From NCBI GenBank assembly GCA_964592145.1, contig CAZQBX010000002.1, forward strand, positions 33,634-97,633: a DNA stretch of 64,000 nucleotides. The letters run 5' to 3'. How positions within the stretch are numbered: the first letter of the stretch is position 1; each line of letters opens with the position of its first letter. Below, piece after piece: positions 47,414 through 58,449 of the stretch. Source of the DNA: an uncultured Ignavibacteria bacterium (GTDB lineage Bacteria > Zixibacteria > MSB-5A5 > CAIYYT01). The translations under genes were made by a program, and so were the position numbers. The notes beneath the pieces are model-generated. The model saw nothing but the letters and a program-made list of their open reading frames with translations, made no database searches and was not told the DNA's origin.

Positions 47414-49564
47414 GTGACCAATAGACCGCAGATCAATAGAGTCCTCGCAACGTTGGCCGGTGTGCTGCCGTTCTGTCTTTATCTCCTCACGCTGTGTCGA
47501 GGAATTCCGGTAGGCGACGCACCGGAGCTGGCATTGGCCGCGGCAAAGCTCCAGATTGCACATCCACCCGGCTATCCACTATTGACGATCGTTGGCCGCA
47601 TTTGGAGCGAGGTATTGTTCTTTATGCGCCCGATTGTCGCACTCAATTTGCTGAGCGCCGTGTTTGCGGCGGCCGCCTGCGGAGCTTTTTATTTTCTCGC
47701 GTCTCGACTTGCCGTCGTGCAGGGAGTGACCGGACACGTTTTCATGCTGGCCAGCGCAGTCTCCTTTGCTGCCAGCCGGACGCTTTGGGCGACAGCGACG
47801 AATTTTGAGGTATATTCACTGGCGGCGCTGTTCGCAGTGCTGACTCTTCTGTTCATCATTCGATTGACACAAACGGGGGATCGGCGCTACTTCCTTCTGG
47901 CGGCATATCTGCTGGGGTTGTCCTTCGGCAATCATCTTTCTACGCTTGCTTTGCTGCCCGCTCTGATCATCGCGGCAGTTAGCTTGCGGGCAATCTTGGG
48001 TTGGCGATGCCTACTGGCCGGAATTTTGCTGGCGGCGACTCCGGGAACACTATACGCGTACCTGGTGATTCGTTCGCGGTCTGATCTGGTAATGAGTTGG
48101 TACAATCCGCAGCGTTGGACCGGCTTCAAACAGCAGGTATTTGCGGAGACCTACCAGCGATTTGTTGCCACACCGAATCTTGCCGACGTTCTGCCATACC
48201 TCTATCGGCTTTGGGACTTGTTCAGCAACGAATTAGTGCTGCCGTTTACTGCGTTGGCACTGGCAGGTTTGATTTTCCAATGGCGCAGGAATCCGAGAGT
48301 CGCTTTGCTGTGCGGTTCCGTCGTTGTTACTAACTGTCTACTCAATTTCAATTACACGATTAGCGATATCACACCCTACTTTTTGCCGACAATCATTGTG
48401 CAATTGGTCTGGACATTCGAGTTACTGAATTGGATGGTCAGCAAATCTCGAGCGACCGCAGGAATTGCAGTAACGATAGCGGTCGCTATCGCAGGGATTT
48501 CGATGGTCGGCAATTACAGCAGGTCTGATCTTTCTACTCGAACAAAGTCTGAATCGTATGCGAAGGATCTATTCCGAAGTGTTCCGGAGGGAGGTATGCT
48601 CTTCTGCGGAAGCGATAACTCGATGTTTCCGTCGTTGTACCTTCGCTATGTGGAGGGTTATCGCAACGACTGCGGCGTGTACGGCCACTTGCCGACTATC
48701 AGCCACCTGCAACGGGAGTTGGGTTATCAGTTCGAAGGAGACTGGACGGATTTCTCGGATTTGCTCAAGTATGCCATCAAGTCAGGTTCGCGACCCGTCG
48801 TGATGGCACGCGAACTGATGAATTACGACAATGATTTCCCGCGTATCGTGGATGAACTGATTGTCCGAGACTTGGTATACGTTGCCGATTCAGCAATTCA
48901 ATTGCCTTTGCAGGACTATCGCGCACAACTCGAAGATATTCCGGACTTGTATGATCCCAAGGAAGCGCTCATGTATGTCGTCTATCATCTGGCTGCTGCG
49001 GAATCGAATTCGGATCAAAGCAACGGCGAAGGCGAGCGCTATTACAGCCGTGCAATCAGAATTGTCAATGCGATGAAGGAACCGTCACTGTCGAGCGCAC
49101 TGGCTGCCTACTTTGTGGATTGCAGCCAACTTCGCCACGCAATTTCGGTAATCGAACCTGCTTTGGCTTTGTCGACTCTGCGACTGAAAGAACGACTGCA
49201 ATTACTTGGCGGGCTTGGTACCGCGAAAATGCGGCTCCAAGACACAGCAGGCGCCAGAGCCGTATTCGAGAAGATGCTGACTTTGGAGGCCGACAATACT
49301 GAAGCGCAGTTTCAAATCATGACGCTGGATGCTTCTGAAGCGCTAAACAGAGGCAATCTAGCGGCCGCAATCGCGGTCTACGAGCGGATGGCGTCCTTGG
49401 CGCCGGACCAACATCAAGTCACGCTGCAATTGGCTCGGTTATACATAAGAACTAACGACTTGCGGTCCGCCCGGTTGGCGCTACAGCGTTGTATCGAAGC
49501 CGATTATCGTCGCGACGAGGCAAGTAGTTTGCTTGGCCAATTGGATTCGACAAACAGCAAGTAG
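47414..49564 (+). CDS. DUF2723-family polytopic membrane protein with C-terminal TPR repeats (glycosyltransferase-like)
   Basis: N-terminal motif GIPVGDAPEL and about 11 TM helices typical of DUF2723; roughly 200-aa TPR tail. Confidence 0.7.
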   Translation: MTNRPQINRVLATLAGVLPFCLYLLTLCRGIPVGDAPELALAAAKLQIAHPPGYPLLTIVGRIWSEVLFFMRPIVALNLLSAVFAAAACGAFYFLASRLAVVQGVTGHVFMLASAVSFAASRTLWATATNFEVYSLAALFAVLTLLFIIRLTQTGDRRYFLLAAYLLGLSFGNHLSTLALLPALIIAAVSLRAILGWRCLLAGILLAATPGTLYAYLVIRSRSDLVMSWYNPQRWTGFKQQVFAETYQRFVATPNLADVLPYLYRLWDLFSNELVLPFTALALAGLIFQWRRNPRVALLCGSVVVTNCLLNFNYTISDITPYFLPTIIVQLVWTFELLNWMVSKSRATAGIAVTIAVAIAGISMVGNYSRSDLSTRTKSESYAKDLFRSVPEGGMLFCGSDNSMFPSLYLRYVEGYRNDCGVYGHLPTISHLQRELGYQFEGDWTDFSDLLKYAIKSGSRPVVMARELMNYDNDFPRIVDELIVRDLVYVADSAIQLPLQDYRAQLEDIPDLYDPKEALMYVVYHLAAAESNSDQSNGEGERYYSRAIRIVNAMKEPSLSSALAAYFVDCSQLRHAISVIEPALALSTLRLKERLQLLGGLGTAKMRLQDTAGARAVFEKMLTLEADNTEAQFQIMTLDASEALNRGNLAAAIAVYERMASLAPDQHQVTLQLARLYIRTNDLRSARLALQRCIEADYRRDEASSLLGQLDSTNSK

Positions 49565-49577
49565 ACTGCTGTTCTTG

Positions 49578-50888
49578 CTACGCGACGGAGAGCGCTTCGC
49601 TCGTTGTGGGGATTGCGATCAGACGATCATCTTCGATGCCAGTAAGATTTACGCCCAGTATCTGATTTTGCAGCTGTATCTCAGATTTGCAGTGGACACG
49701 CATGTAGTTTTCCGTATACCCGGTCCAAAAGCCATCTTCCTGTGTCTCAAACAGCACATTGACAGTCGTGCCGAGATGCGCAGCGTAAAATGCGCGGCGC
49801 TTACGCTCGGAGAGTTCAATCAGGTTGCGTGTACGTGTCTTCTTGACTTGATGGGGGACTTTAGGTTTGAGATTCCATGACGGCGTGCCCGGACGGTCAG
49901 AATAAGTGAAGACGTGAAAATAGAAAAAGGGCAGATCAGTCAGAACATCGCGTGTATTCTGGAACTCAATTTCACCCTCGGTGGGATACCCGACCATGAT
50001 ATCGGTACCCAGTCCAATGTCAGGGATCAACTTGGCGGACCACTCGATGAACTTGGCAAACGGCTTGATGGTGTGTTTGCGCGACATTGAAGAGAGAATC
50101 TTATCATCGCCACTTTGCAGCGGCACATGTAAGTAGCGACACAATTTCGCGGACGATGCCATGTAGCGTACCAACTCGGTACCGATGGTAGTCGGCTCGA
50201 TTGAACTGATGCGGATGCGCGACAGTCCCTCTATCTGTTCAAGACGCTCGATGACCTTGAGCAGGCTCTTTCCGTCATTCTTGTAGGTGCCGATATTAAC
50301 ACCGGTCAGAACGAGCTCGCGGTGGCCGGCGGTAACCAGCGCTTCGGCTTCGCGAATAATGTCGTTGAAATTTCGGCTCCGGGCGCGGCCCCGGACTGTT
50401 GGGATAATGCAGAAAGAACAGAAGTAGTTACAGCCATCCTGGATCTTCAGGTTAGCGCGAGTGTTGAACGTGTACAGACCGCTGGTATCAATGGTGAACT
50501 CTTTCTCCGGGAGTTTTAGCGAGTGGACTACTTGTGGCGCGGAATTCTTATTGAGACCATTGAGAAATTCGCCCACACGCAATTTGTGCTCATTACCGAT
50601 GATCAGGTCGACGCCCTGAATGCCACTGATCGTATCGATACTGTTTTGCGCGTAGCAACCGACGACGGCAACAAATGTCGTTGGATTGACTCGCAACGCT
50701 GCACGTACCGCCTGTCGGCATTTCGAATCGGCTTGTTCGGTAACGGTGCAAGTATTGATCACGGTGACATCCGCCGGTTCACCGAACTCGACGATATCGA
50801 ACCCGCGTGCTGCCAAGCTATTGGCGATGATTGCAGTCTCGGCCTGATTAAGCCGGCAACCGAGTGTATGCAGCGATGCTTTGGGCAA
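49578..50888 (-). CDS. mtaB: radical-SAM methylthiotransferase, MtaB-like (MiaB/RimO family)
   Basis: N-terminal UPF0004 Cys triad (GCRLNQAE...NTCTV...C), radical-SAM CNYFCSFC; no obvious TRAM extension. Confidence 0.8.
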   Translation of the reverse strand: MPKASLHTLGCRLNQAETAIIANSLAARGFDIVEFGEPADVTVINTCTVTEQADSKCRQAVRAALRVNPTTFVAVVGCYAQNSIDTISGIQGVDLIIGNEHKLRVGEFLNGLNKNSAPQVVHSLKLPEKEFTIDTSGLYTFNTRANLKIQDGCNYFCSFCIIPTVRGRARSRNFNDIIREAEALVTAGHRELVLTGVNIGTYKNDGKSLLKVIERLEQIEGLSRIRISSIEPTTIGTELVRYMASSAKLCRYLHVPLQSGDDKILSSMSRKHTIKPFAKFIEWSAKLIPDIGLGTDIMVGYPTEGEIEFQNTRDVLTDLPFFYFHVFTYSDRPGTPSWNLKPKVPHQVKKTRTRNLIELSERKRRAFYAAHLGTTVNVLFETQEDGFWTGYTENYMRVHCKSEIQLQNQILGVNLTGIEDDRLIAIPTTSEALSVA

Positions 50889-50995
50889 TGACCTGCTCCA
50901 GAAACAGTCCGTTTAGACGCCGAGTTTCCGGCGCCGTTGACAGCCCGCAGAATATAGACTTGGGCGGGGAATGTCAAGCGGGAGACAGGCTGAAC

Positions 50996-51301
50996 TTATG
51001 TCCTGTGCGGTTTGAAGGCAAACTCTCGGATGCTCATCGACTCGGGTACCGGATATACGCCGGCGCCAGCGCAAAGTGGGCAAGGGCTCTTGTCAGACTG
51101 GCGAATCTCGATCATGCCGGATCCTCTACAAGCGTAACAGTCCTTGCCGGAAGTATCCTGTCCCTTGCCAAAGCAGTACATGCAGACGTGGGCGTGGTTC
51201 GGCGTTAGGCAGCGGTTGTCGACCCAGCCGCGCCCGAGGCATTCCGGGCAGGTTTTTGGCGGCCCTTCACCGGATCGCGGCCGATGCTTCTCGGTTGACA
51301 T
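50996..51301 (-). CDS. small DnaJ-type zinc-finger protein (4x CxxCxGxG)
   Basis: CPECLGRG, CMYCFGKG, CYACRGSG, CPLCAGAG; the last gene of the hydrogenase operon. The start is uncertain (ATG at 51301 or the ORF-track 51328). Confidence 0.6.
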   Translation of the reverse strand: MSTEKHRPRSGEGPPKTCPECLGRGWVDNRCLTPNHAHVCMYCFGKGQDTSGKDCYACRGSGMIEIRQSDKSPCPLCAGAGVYPVPESMSIREFAFKPHRT

Positions 51302-51782
51302 AGATTTTCTCTCCTGTATGCAATGCAAGCCATTGATCGATGCTCGCCAACGCCGGTTCGATAGCAGCCATTACCTTGGCGGTCATGGTCTCGCTCAGCG
51401 TAGTCACATCAGCGACCTCAACGGCAAGCACATCAATATGCTTCGGCATTTGGTATCCAAGCTGACTCCCCAACTTTAACGCCGTCGGGAGACTCATCTG
51501 GTGGCTGGAGGTGAGATTTCGCGATGGTGTCAGTGTCCCCATTGGGAAGAAGTGTAGGGTTCCAGGCGGAACGCCGCCGGTCACGATACTGTCAATGAGT
51601 AGGACTTTGCTTCTTCTGTTGAGCAAATCCAGCAGGCCGAATCCGGCAACCGGAGCGAATATTACCTCGACCCGGTCACACTCGTGCCGTCTTGTGTGCA
51701 GTATCCCGGCAATTGTCGGTCCGAACGAATCGTCTGACAGAACTTCGTTTCCAAGACAAAGAATCAAGAATGGCTTCAACAT
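51267..51782 (-). CDS. [NiFe]-hydrogenase maturation endopeptidase (HyaD/HycI/FrhD family)
   Basis: LGNEVLSDDSFGP and the DxxH region; overlaps the mvhA stop. Confidence 0.85.
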   Translation of the reverse strand: MLKPFLILCLGNEVLSDDSFGPTIAGILHTRRHECDRVEVIFAPVAGFGLLDLLNRRSKVLLIDSIVTGGVPPGTLHFFPMGTLTPSRNLTSSHQMSLPTALKLGSQLGYQMPKHIDVLAVEVADVTTLSETMTAKVMAAIEPALASIDQWLALHTGEKIYVNREASAAIR

Positions 51783-53260
51783 TGCCTTTTGACGACCTCG
51801 ATTACTTCGCCACTCTCCGCAGAATGAACAACAATCTCCAGAGGCATCTCACCCGGAAGCGAGTGCGTCGCGCAACCAAAACATGGATCGTAAGCGCGAA
51901 AAGCCATCTCAATCCGATTGAGTACGCCGTCGGTAATGGTCGTACCCTTCTTGATCAACCCCTCGGCGGCGCGCTTGATTGACATCGTAATCGGCGCATT
52001 GTTGTTGGTCGTACCGACAATGAGATTTGCTTCGGTGACGATTCCATTCTGATCGGTCTTGTAGTGGTGCGTCAAGGTACCGCGCGGCGCTTCGACGGTG
52101 CCGACGCCCTCGCCAACGATGCCTGTCGGAGGTTCGAGGATGTGATCGGAAGTTATCTCGTCATCCTTGGCTTGCTCCAAAGTGGCTTCGCAGGCAAACA
52201 TCAACTCGACTACGCGCGCCCAGTGTGTTGCCAACGTAGAGTTGACCGGTATCTTCCCAGTGCGATCTCCAGTCAACGTTTCAAAGTAGCGTTCGTACTC
52301 GGCGTGTGCGAGCGGTGTCGCCATACCATCGGCGACATTGAGTCGAGCCAGCGGCGTTGCTTTGTAAACACCAGAGTCCATTCCATCGACGAACCCCTTC
52401 CAACCGACTTTCTTCAAGTAAGGGTACTTGAGATAAGAATAGGGCTCGACGCGCTCTTCAACATACTGGAGATAGTCCTTCGGCTCGTATTTGGCATGTT
52501 CCGATCCGTCGGGTGCTGTTACACGTACTTTGCCGTCATAGAAGGTGACGTGATTGTTGTCATCAACCAGTCCCATATTGTAGGTTTGGTGCGCATAGGA
52601 ATCAGAAAGAATCATTTCGAGATAAGTCTTGTTCGCAAGAACGATATCATTCAAAACCTGAATCGTGAACTTGGCGAACTCGACCATTTCTTCACCGATC
52701 TTGATGATTTCCTGTTGCTCTTCTTTGGTGACGCGTTTGCTCATTCCGCCTGGTAAGGCGGTGACCGGGTGCACTTTCTTACCGCCGATGATCTCGATCA
52801 CACGCTGACCGCGGGCCCGCTGGGCAATGACCTTCTTGCCGACATCCAGACCTACCTTGGCGATTACACCGAGGATATTGCGCTCAGCTTTCGGTGCGTC
52901 GGGACCACAGACGAAGTCCGGCCCGCCCAGAGCATAAAAGTGAGTTGTGTGATCACCTGCATAAAACGCGTTGTAGACTAATTCGCGCAATTTGCGCGCC
53001 GCCGACGGAATAGTAACGCCGTATACGGCATCAGCGGCCTTTGCCGACGCCATGTGATGTGCGTCAGGGCAGACACCGCAGATTCGGGTGGTAATGCGCG
53101 CCAATTCTTCGACCGGCCGCCCCTGACAGAACTTCTCGAAACCGCGAAGTTCCGGAACCTGGAAGTAACAGTTGGCCAACTCACCATCGTCGTTGATGAA
53201 CAGGTGAATCTTGCCGTGCCCCTCAAGGCGCGTGATCGGATCGATGACAATGCTCTTCAT
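51776..53260 (-). CDS. mvhA: [NiFe]-hydrogenase large subunit, Mvh/group-3 type
   Basis: N-terminal RICGVC and C-terminal DPCFGCATH Ni-Fe ligands with a short post-His tail for protease cleavage. Confidence 0.93.
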   Translation of the reverse strand: MKSIVIDPITRLEGHGKIHLFINDDGELANCYFQVPELRGFEKFCQGRPVEELARITTRICGVCPDAHHMASAKAADAVYGVTIPSAARKLRELVYNAFYAGDHTTHFYALGGPDFVCGPDAPKAERNILGVIAKVGLDVGKKVIAQRARGQRVIEIIGGKKVHPVTALPGGMSKRVTKEEQQEIIKIGEEMVEFAKFTIQVLNDIVLANKTYLEMILSDSYAHQTYNMGLVDDNNHVTFYDGKVRVTAPDGSEHAKYEPKDYLQYVEERVEPYSYLKYPYLKKVGWKGFVDGMDSGVYKATPLARLNVADGMATPLAHAEYERYFETLTGDRTGKIPVNSTLATHWARVVELMFACEATLEQAKDDEITSDHILEPPTGIVGEGVGTVEAPRGTLTHHYKTDQNGIVTEANLIVGTTNNNAPITMSIKRAAEGLIKKGTTITDGVLNRIEMAFRAYDPCFGCATHSLPGEMPLEIVVHSAESGEVIEVVKRQC

Positions 53261-54228
53261 ACTTGCACCCTCCGCAGTAGCGACCCGGCCATGCTGAAGC
53301 GATAGAATGTTCCCAGCGGATCGGGAATGGTGTTGATGATCTGTTCGATCTCTTCCGGATCAGTAGAATCGATCACGCTGGCCAGAGCCGAGACCATCTT
53401 GGCACCCTGGTCATTGATGTTTGACGGGAGCCCATAGCAGCCGCGACACGGCATTCCCGCTTTGACGCATTTGGCTCCACAGCCGGAACGAGTTGCCGGT
53501 CCAAGACAGACGATGCCTTGCTCCATCAGACATAGATTCGGATCAGTGACCTTGGCAAACGGGCGTGTGAAGGATTTGATCTTCTTGATATTGCGTTCGC
53601 GCGGGCACTCGTCACAACAGCTTTTGTCGGTTGCGCCGAGAACTGTCCCCTTGGGAGGCAGTGGCTTGTTGTTCTGGAGAATGTCGATTACCGCCATGAC
53701 CGCGTTGACTATTTGATCGGACTGGGGCGGACAGCCGGGAATGTAGTAGTCAACCTCAACTACCTGATCGAGTGATCGAACTGTATTCCAGAACTTCGGA
53801 ATGGTAATGGTCCCTTCGGAAACCTGAACTTCCGGCTGCGGTTCGACCTTGCCACCATTGGCGAGCGAAGGTGATTTGTGATAGACGTAATCGAGGATTA
53901 TCTCTTTGTTGAAGAAGTTCGCCAACGCCGGAATGCACCCTTCGCCGGCACAACTGCCGAAGGCCACCAGGACCACCGATTTTTGGCGCAGCAGTTCGGC
54001 GAGTTCGTAGTTTTCACTAGTCCGAATTGCGCCGTTGAAGAGCGTTAGCGTGATTGACTTGTCTTCCATTGCGCGGACATCGTCGTACTTGGTATCCATC
54101 GCGCAGGGCCAGAAAACGACATCAAAGAAATTCGCCACATCGAGGATCTTCTCTTCGATATCGAGAATGGATATGTCGCAGCCGCCGCATGAGGAGGCCC
54201 AGTATATGGCAAGTTTAGGTTTAGACAT
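53257..54228 (-). CDS. mvhG: [NiFe]-hydrogenase small subunit, MvhG type
   Basis: [23 protein letters not shown] proximal cluster motif. The start ATG at 54228 sits 7 nt after GGAGGTG; the ORF-track start at 54249 is not needed. Confidence 0.9.
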   Translation of the reverse strand: MSKPKLAIYWASSCGGCDISILDIEEKILDVANFFDVVFWPCAMDTKYDDVRAMEDKSITLTLFNGAIRTSENYELAELLRQKSVVLVAFGSCAGEGCIPALANFFNKEIILDYVYHKSPSLANGGKVEPQPEVQVSEGTITIPKFWNTVRSLDQVVEVDYYIPGCPPQSDQIVNAVMAVIDILQNNKPLPPKGTVLGATDKSCCDECPRERNIKKIKSFTRPFAKVTDPNLCLMEQGIVCLGPATRSGCGAKCVKAGMPCRGCYGLPSNINDQGAKMVSALASVIDSTDPEEIEQIINTIPDPLGTFYRFSMAGSLLRRVQV

Positions 54229-54670
54229 GTTGATGCACCTCCTCGGCATTGGGGTCGAAGTTGTAGTCGTGCAATTTCAATGGTCCCAAGGCGCGAATCT
54301 GTTCCGTGAACTCGGTGATGACCTCCTGGAACCGGCCGCCTTCCGAAGCGGAAACCCATTCGAGACGCATCCGGTTGCGAGCGATGCCTAATTCCTGAAG
54401 TAACAGCTGCGTCAGGGGCATTCGACGCATGCACTTGTAGTTTCCTTCGATGTAGTGACAATCGCCGGGATGACAGCCGCAAATCAACACACCGTCGGCG
54501 CCGCGGCGGAAGGCATCGAGGATAAATGCCGGATCGACGCGGCCGGAGCACATCACGCGAATGCTGGTCACATTGGGCGGATAGTGCATGCGTGCAGTGC
54601 CGGCGAGATCGGCGCCGGTATAGCTGCACCAGTTGCAGAGAAAGCCGACAATTTTCGGTTCAAAGCTCAT
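54221..54670 (-). CDS. mvhD: methyl-viologen-reducing hydrogenase delta subunit MvhD (FlpD domain)
   Basis: CNWCSY...CSGRV...[10 protein letters not shown] cysteine pattern of MvhD. Confidence 0.9.
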   Translation of the reverse strand: MSFEPKIVGFLCNWCSYTGADLAGTARMHYPPNVTSIRVMCSGRVDPAFILDAFRRGADGVLICGCHPGDCHYIEGNYKCMRRMPLTQLLLQELGIARNRMRLEWVSASEGGRFQEVITEFTEQIRALGPLKLHDYNFDPNAEEVHQHV

Positions 54671-56427
54671 GACAATATCCCCTCAATCTGCGCATAGATT
54701 TGTTCATCGGTGAAGTGGCGTCCCTTGATCGCTCCTGAAGGACAAGCCGCGACACAGGTACCGCAGGCCTTGCACAGCGCGGAGTTGACGTGGCTGATCT
54801 TCTTTTCGAGATCAAAATCGATCGCGTGATATGGACACATATCATTACAGATTTTGCAGCCGGAACAAAGCTCGTCCTGGACCTCCGCGTATGTGGCGTC
54901 CATCAGGACTTCGCCCTGGCACAATAGCCTCATGACCTGTGCGGCAGCTGCCGAGCCTTGCGCCACAGAGTCGGGAATATCCTTTGCACCCTGGCAGACA
55001 CCGGCGAGGAAGATTCCCTCGGTTGAAGTTGATACCGGCGCCAGCTTGGGATGGGATTCAATAAACCAGCCATCGGCCCCGACCGAGATGTTGAAACGCC
55101 GGGCAATGTCCTTGGCATCGGCCCGTGCCTCAAGGGCGGTACACAGTACGATCATGTCAACTGGAACTTCGCGGTGCTTGCCGATCATCGTGTCTTCGCA
55201 GCGAACGATAAGTGCGCCTTCGGCTTTCTGTGATTGGCTGGCCGGGACAACTTCGGCACCTTTGCCGCGGATGACATTGCCGCCTTCATCGAGAATTCTC
55301 TGGTAGAATTCCTCGTAACCTTTTCCGAATGAGCGCATGTCGATATAGAACTGATAAACATCAGCCTTGGTCTTCTCCATGATCAAGTGCGAGAACTTGA
55401 GGGCATACATGCAGCAAACGCGGCTGCAGTACTTGTGGTGATTTTCGTCGCGACTGCCGATGCAGTGGATGATTGCTATCCGGCGCGGTTCTTCCCCATT
55501 TTCCAGACAGATCTTTCCACCGGTCGGACCGGCGGCATTGTTCATCTTCTCAAACTCAATGGAGGATACGACGTTGGGATAACGGCCATAACCGTACTGC
55601 TTCATCGGCGTTGGGTCGAAATCGTCAAAGCCGGTTGCCAGGACGACCGCGCCAACTTCGACTTCCTCGAAATCTGCGCGATCACCGTAGTCGATGCAGT
55701 CCTTGGGGCATACCTTCTCGCAGATCATACACCCGCCGGTCTTGTAGTGGATGCAGTTTTCGCGTACGATATAAGGTACGTTCGGGACTGCTTGTCGAAA
55801 TGGCAGTGTGATAGCGGCGTTGGGACCCAGGTTGAGTTCGCGGTGATTGATGACCCGCTCCTCAATGTCCTGCATCTTGATATGCCCGGTCGGGCAGTAT
55901 TTGGCACAGGCACCGCAGAGGATGCAAGCCTCGGAGTCCAGATCGAACGGCGTCGATACATCTCGATCCTGGCCACGATTGATAAAGGTCAGCGCGTGAG
56001 CACCGACAACTTCATCGCAGATGCGAACGCAGAGTCCGCAGAGAATGCAGGTGTAGGTTCCATGTCCCCAGCGTGGTTCCTTGACCCCGAACTTCGCCGC
56101 ATAGTGCTCCAGCAACGGAACCGGCGCGCAGTTGGCCATCAACATTTCCAGATTTGTGCGACGCGCATTAACTACGCGCGGCGTTTCGGTGAAGATTTCC
56201 AGACCGTCCCAGGCGGGATAATTGCAGGCCGTTACGATCTTGCTCCAACCTTTGTTGTTGCGAGCCTCCACGACACAGATTCGGCAGGCAGCATACGGAC
56301 TCATGAACGGGTAGTAGCAAAGAGTCGGAATCTCGATTCCCAACGACTGTGCGGCTCCCAGAATGTATGAGCCTTCTTCAACCTCGATTGCCTGGCCATC
56401 GATCTTAATCTTAACTGTTGCCATCAT
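54667..56427 (-). CDS. fusion: HoxU/NuoG-N-terminal-like [2Fe-2S]/[4Fe-4S] ferredoxin module + C-terminal half of HdrA
   Basis: Residues 1 to about 230 carry 2Fe-2S ([15 protein letters not shown]), a His-type 4Fe-4S ([16 protein letters not shown]) and two 4Fe-4S motifs ([21 protein letters not shown]). The rest matches the HdrA TrxR-like second half ([32 protein letters not shown]) plus the C-terminal 2x[4Fe-4S] ([24 protein letters not shown]). Confidence 0.8.
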   Translation of the reverse strand: MMATVKIKIDGQAIEVEEGSYILGAAQSLGIEIPTLCYYPFMSPYAACRICVVEARNNKGWSKIVTACNYPAWDGLEIFTETPRVVNARRTNLEMLMANCAPVPLLEHYAAKFGVKEPRWGHGTYTCILCGLCVRICDEVVGAHALTFINRGQDRDVSTPFDLDSEACILCGACAKYCPTGHIKMQDIEERVINHRELNLGPNAAITLPFRQAVPNVPYIVRENCIHYKTGGCMICEKVCPKDCIDYGDRADFEEVEVGAVVLATGFDDFDPTPMKQYGYGRYPNVVSSIEFEKMNNAAGPTGGKICLENGEEPRRIAIIHCIGSRDENHHKYCSRVCCMYALKFSHLIMEKTKADVYQFYIDMRSFGKGYEEFYQRILDEGGNVIRGKGAEVVPASQSQKAEGALIVRCEDTMIGKHREVPVDMIVLCTALEARADAKDIARRFNISVGADGWFIESHPKLAPVSTSTEGIFLAGVCQGAKDIPDSVAQGSAAAAQVMRLLCQGEVLMDATYAEVQDELCSGCKICNDMCPYHAIDFDLEKKISHVNSALCKACGTCVAACPSGAIKGRHFTDEQIYAQIEGILS

Positions 56428-56433
56428 TGTCTC

Positions 56434-58449
56434 CTAGGCCACACTCGCCGGCTGTTTTGCGGTTTCCTTGGGCTGCCAAAGTTCGCGCGCCCGCTGTTGG
56501 ATCTTGTCACCTTCGCCGCGCTTGACACGCTTGATTGAGTTGTAACGACAAATCTGGTAACAGGCGCCACATTGGATGCACTTGTCCTGAATTATCATAT
56601 GCAGGCGTTTGGGTTCGCCGACGATAGCGTTGGTCGGACAGGGTTTGACGCAGGCATGGCAACCTGTGCAGGTATTGTCGATGGCGTGCGCCACCAGTTC
56701 CTTGCAGACACCGGCCGGACAGCGTTTATCGCGAACGTGTGCGATGTATTCCTGGCGGAAATAACGGATTGTGGACAGCACCGGATTCGGTGCTGAACCA
56801 CCGAGTTGGCATAAACTGGTGTCGATGATGACCTGCGACAGTTCCTCGAGGTGTTCGATGTCCTCCATCGTGCCGTTGCCTTCGCAGATCTTGTTGAGAA
56901 TGTTCAGCATCACGACAATGCCTTCACGGCATGGCACGCATTTGCCGCACGATTCCTCCTGCAGGAACTTCAGAAAGTACCGTGCGACATCGACCATGCA
57001 GGAATCTTCATCCATTACGATCATGCCGCCTGAGCCCATCATCGAACCGGCTTTAGTGAGTTCATCGAAGTCGACCGGTAAGTCGAGCAGGCTGATCGGT
57101 TCATCCTCCTCGCGAATGTCGCCGTGCGCAACCATACTGGCGTGTACGGACGATTCGGAAGTTTCGACAATGAGAGTACCGCCTGATGGACCACCGGTTT
57201 GCACAGCTTTGAATCGTTTCTTATTAGGGACGCCGCCGCCGATGTCGTAAAGAATCTCGCGCAGGGTAATTCCCATTGGAACCTCGACCAGACCGGTGTT
57301 GTTGATCTTGCCCGTTAATGCAAATACCTTGGTGCCTTTGGAATTGGGGGTTCCGATCGAGGCGAAATATTCGGCGCCCTTCTCAATGATGACCGGGACG
57401 TTCGCCCAAGTTTCGACATTATTCAGATTTGAGGGTTTCTCCCAGAGTCCGGCTTCCACTGTGTGAATATACTTCGCCCGCGGTTCACCGACTTTCCCTT
57501 CAAGCGATGCCATTAAGGCGGTCGATTCACCGCAGACAAATGCGCCACCACCCCGGGATATTTCGATCTCGAAGTTGAACCCGGTCCCAAGAATATTCTG
57601 CCCGATCAGACCGTACTCACGCGCCTGATTCATCGCAATGGTCAGATTCTTAACCGCCAGGGGATATTCGTTGCGGACATAGACGAATCCGTCGTTACTA
57701 CCGATCGCAAACGCGCCGATGACCATCCCCTCAATGACCATGTGGGGATTGCCTTCAAGCAGGGAGCGATCCATGAATGCTCCGGGGTCGCCTTCGTCGG
57801 CATTGCAGATAACGTATTTGGGTTGGCCTTTGGCATTGCGGCAGGACTCCCACTTCCGGCCGGCTGGATACCCGCCGCCGCCACGACCACGCAATCCGGA
57901 TTTTTTGACTTCATCTATGATCTGCGTCGGAGCCATTTGGGTTAGCGCCTTCACCATTGCCTGGTATCCACCAAGGAGAATGTAGTCGTTGATCGAGGTC
58001 GGATCCATGTATCCGTTCCTGCCAAATATCAAACGCATCTGCTTCTTATAGAATGGTATGTCCTTTTCAAGTTTGATGACTTGCTGCGATTGTGGATCGC
58101 GATAGAGCAGTTTATTCACCAGATGGCCGCCCTTGATAGTCTGTTCCCAGATCAGCTTGGCATCCGCGGGGCGGACTTTCTGATAGAAGATGCCCTGTGG
58201 TTGGACGACAACCAACGGTCCGCGTTCGCAGAATCCGTGACAACCTGTTGTCTTGATCTCAACCTCGTTCTCCAGATGGTCATTGACGATTTCTTCTCGG
58301 AAAACCTTTGTGACGGCTTCACAACCACACGCCAGGCATCCAGTGCCGGCGCAGATGGTCAGGACCGTTTTGTTCGCATTGCGGTTGCTCTTGATCTTTT
58401 CGCGCAACTTTGTCAAGTCGCCAGGCGATTGAAGCTTTACGTCTTGCAT
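56434..58449 (-). CDS. NuoF-like NADH-binding FMN flavoprotein with N-terminal [2Fe-2S] and C-terminal 2x[4Fe-4S] (HydB/HndC/HoxF type)
   Basis: GRGGGGYPAGRKWE FMN/NADH site, SLBB domain, N-terminal thioredoxin-like Cys cluster (CAGTGCLACGCE), C-terminal CTGCHACVKPCP / CIQCGACYQICR. Confidence 0.92.
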   Translation of the reverse strand: MQDVKLQSPGDLTKLREKIKSNRNANKTVLTICAGTGCLACGCEAVTKVFREEIVNDHLENEVEIKTTGCHGFCERGPLVVVQPQGIFYQKVRPADAKLIWEQTIKGGHLVNKLLYRDPQSQQVIKLEKDIPFYKKQMRLIFGRNGYMDPTSINDYILLGGYQAMVKALTQMAPTQIIDEVKKSGLRGRGGGGYPAGRKWESCRNAKGQPKYVICNADEGDPGAFMDRSLLEGNPHMVIEGMVIGAFAIGSNDGFVYVRNEYPLAVKNLTIAMNQAREYGLIGQNILGTGFNFEIEISRGGGAFVCGESTALMASLEGKVGEPRAKYIHTVEAGLWEKPSNLNNVETWANVPVIIEKGAEYFASIGTPNSKGTKVFALTGKINNTGLVEVPMGITLREILYDIGGGVPNKKRFKAVQTGGPSGGTLIVETSESSVHASMVAHGDIREEDEPISLLDLPVDFDELTKAGSMMGSGGMIVMDEDSCMVDVARYFLKFLQEESCGKCVPCREGIVVMLNILNKICEGNGTMEDIEHLEELSQVIIDTSLCQLGGSAPNPVLSTIRYFRQEYIAHVRDKRCPAGVCKELVAHAIDNTCTGCHACVKPCPTNAIVGEPKRLHMIIQDKCIQCGACYQICRYNSIKRVKRGEGDKIQQRARELWQPKETAKQPASVA

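Noticed and set aside
50940-50975. TTGACA-N15-TATATT on the minus strand upstream of mtaB
   Set aside because: The spacer is only 15 nt. It is a possible promoter but too uncertain to list.
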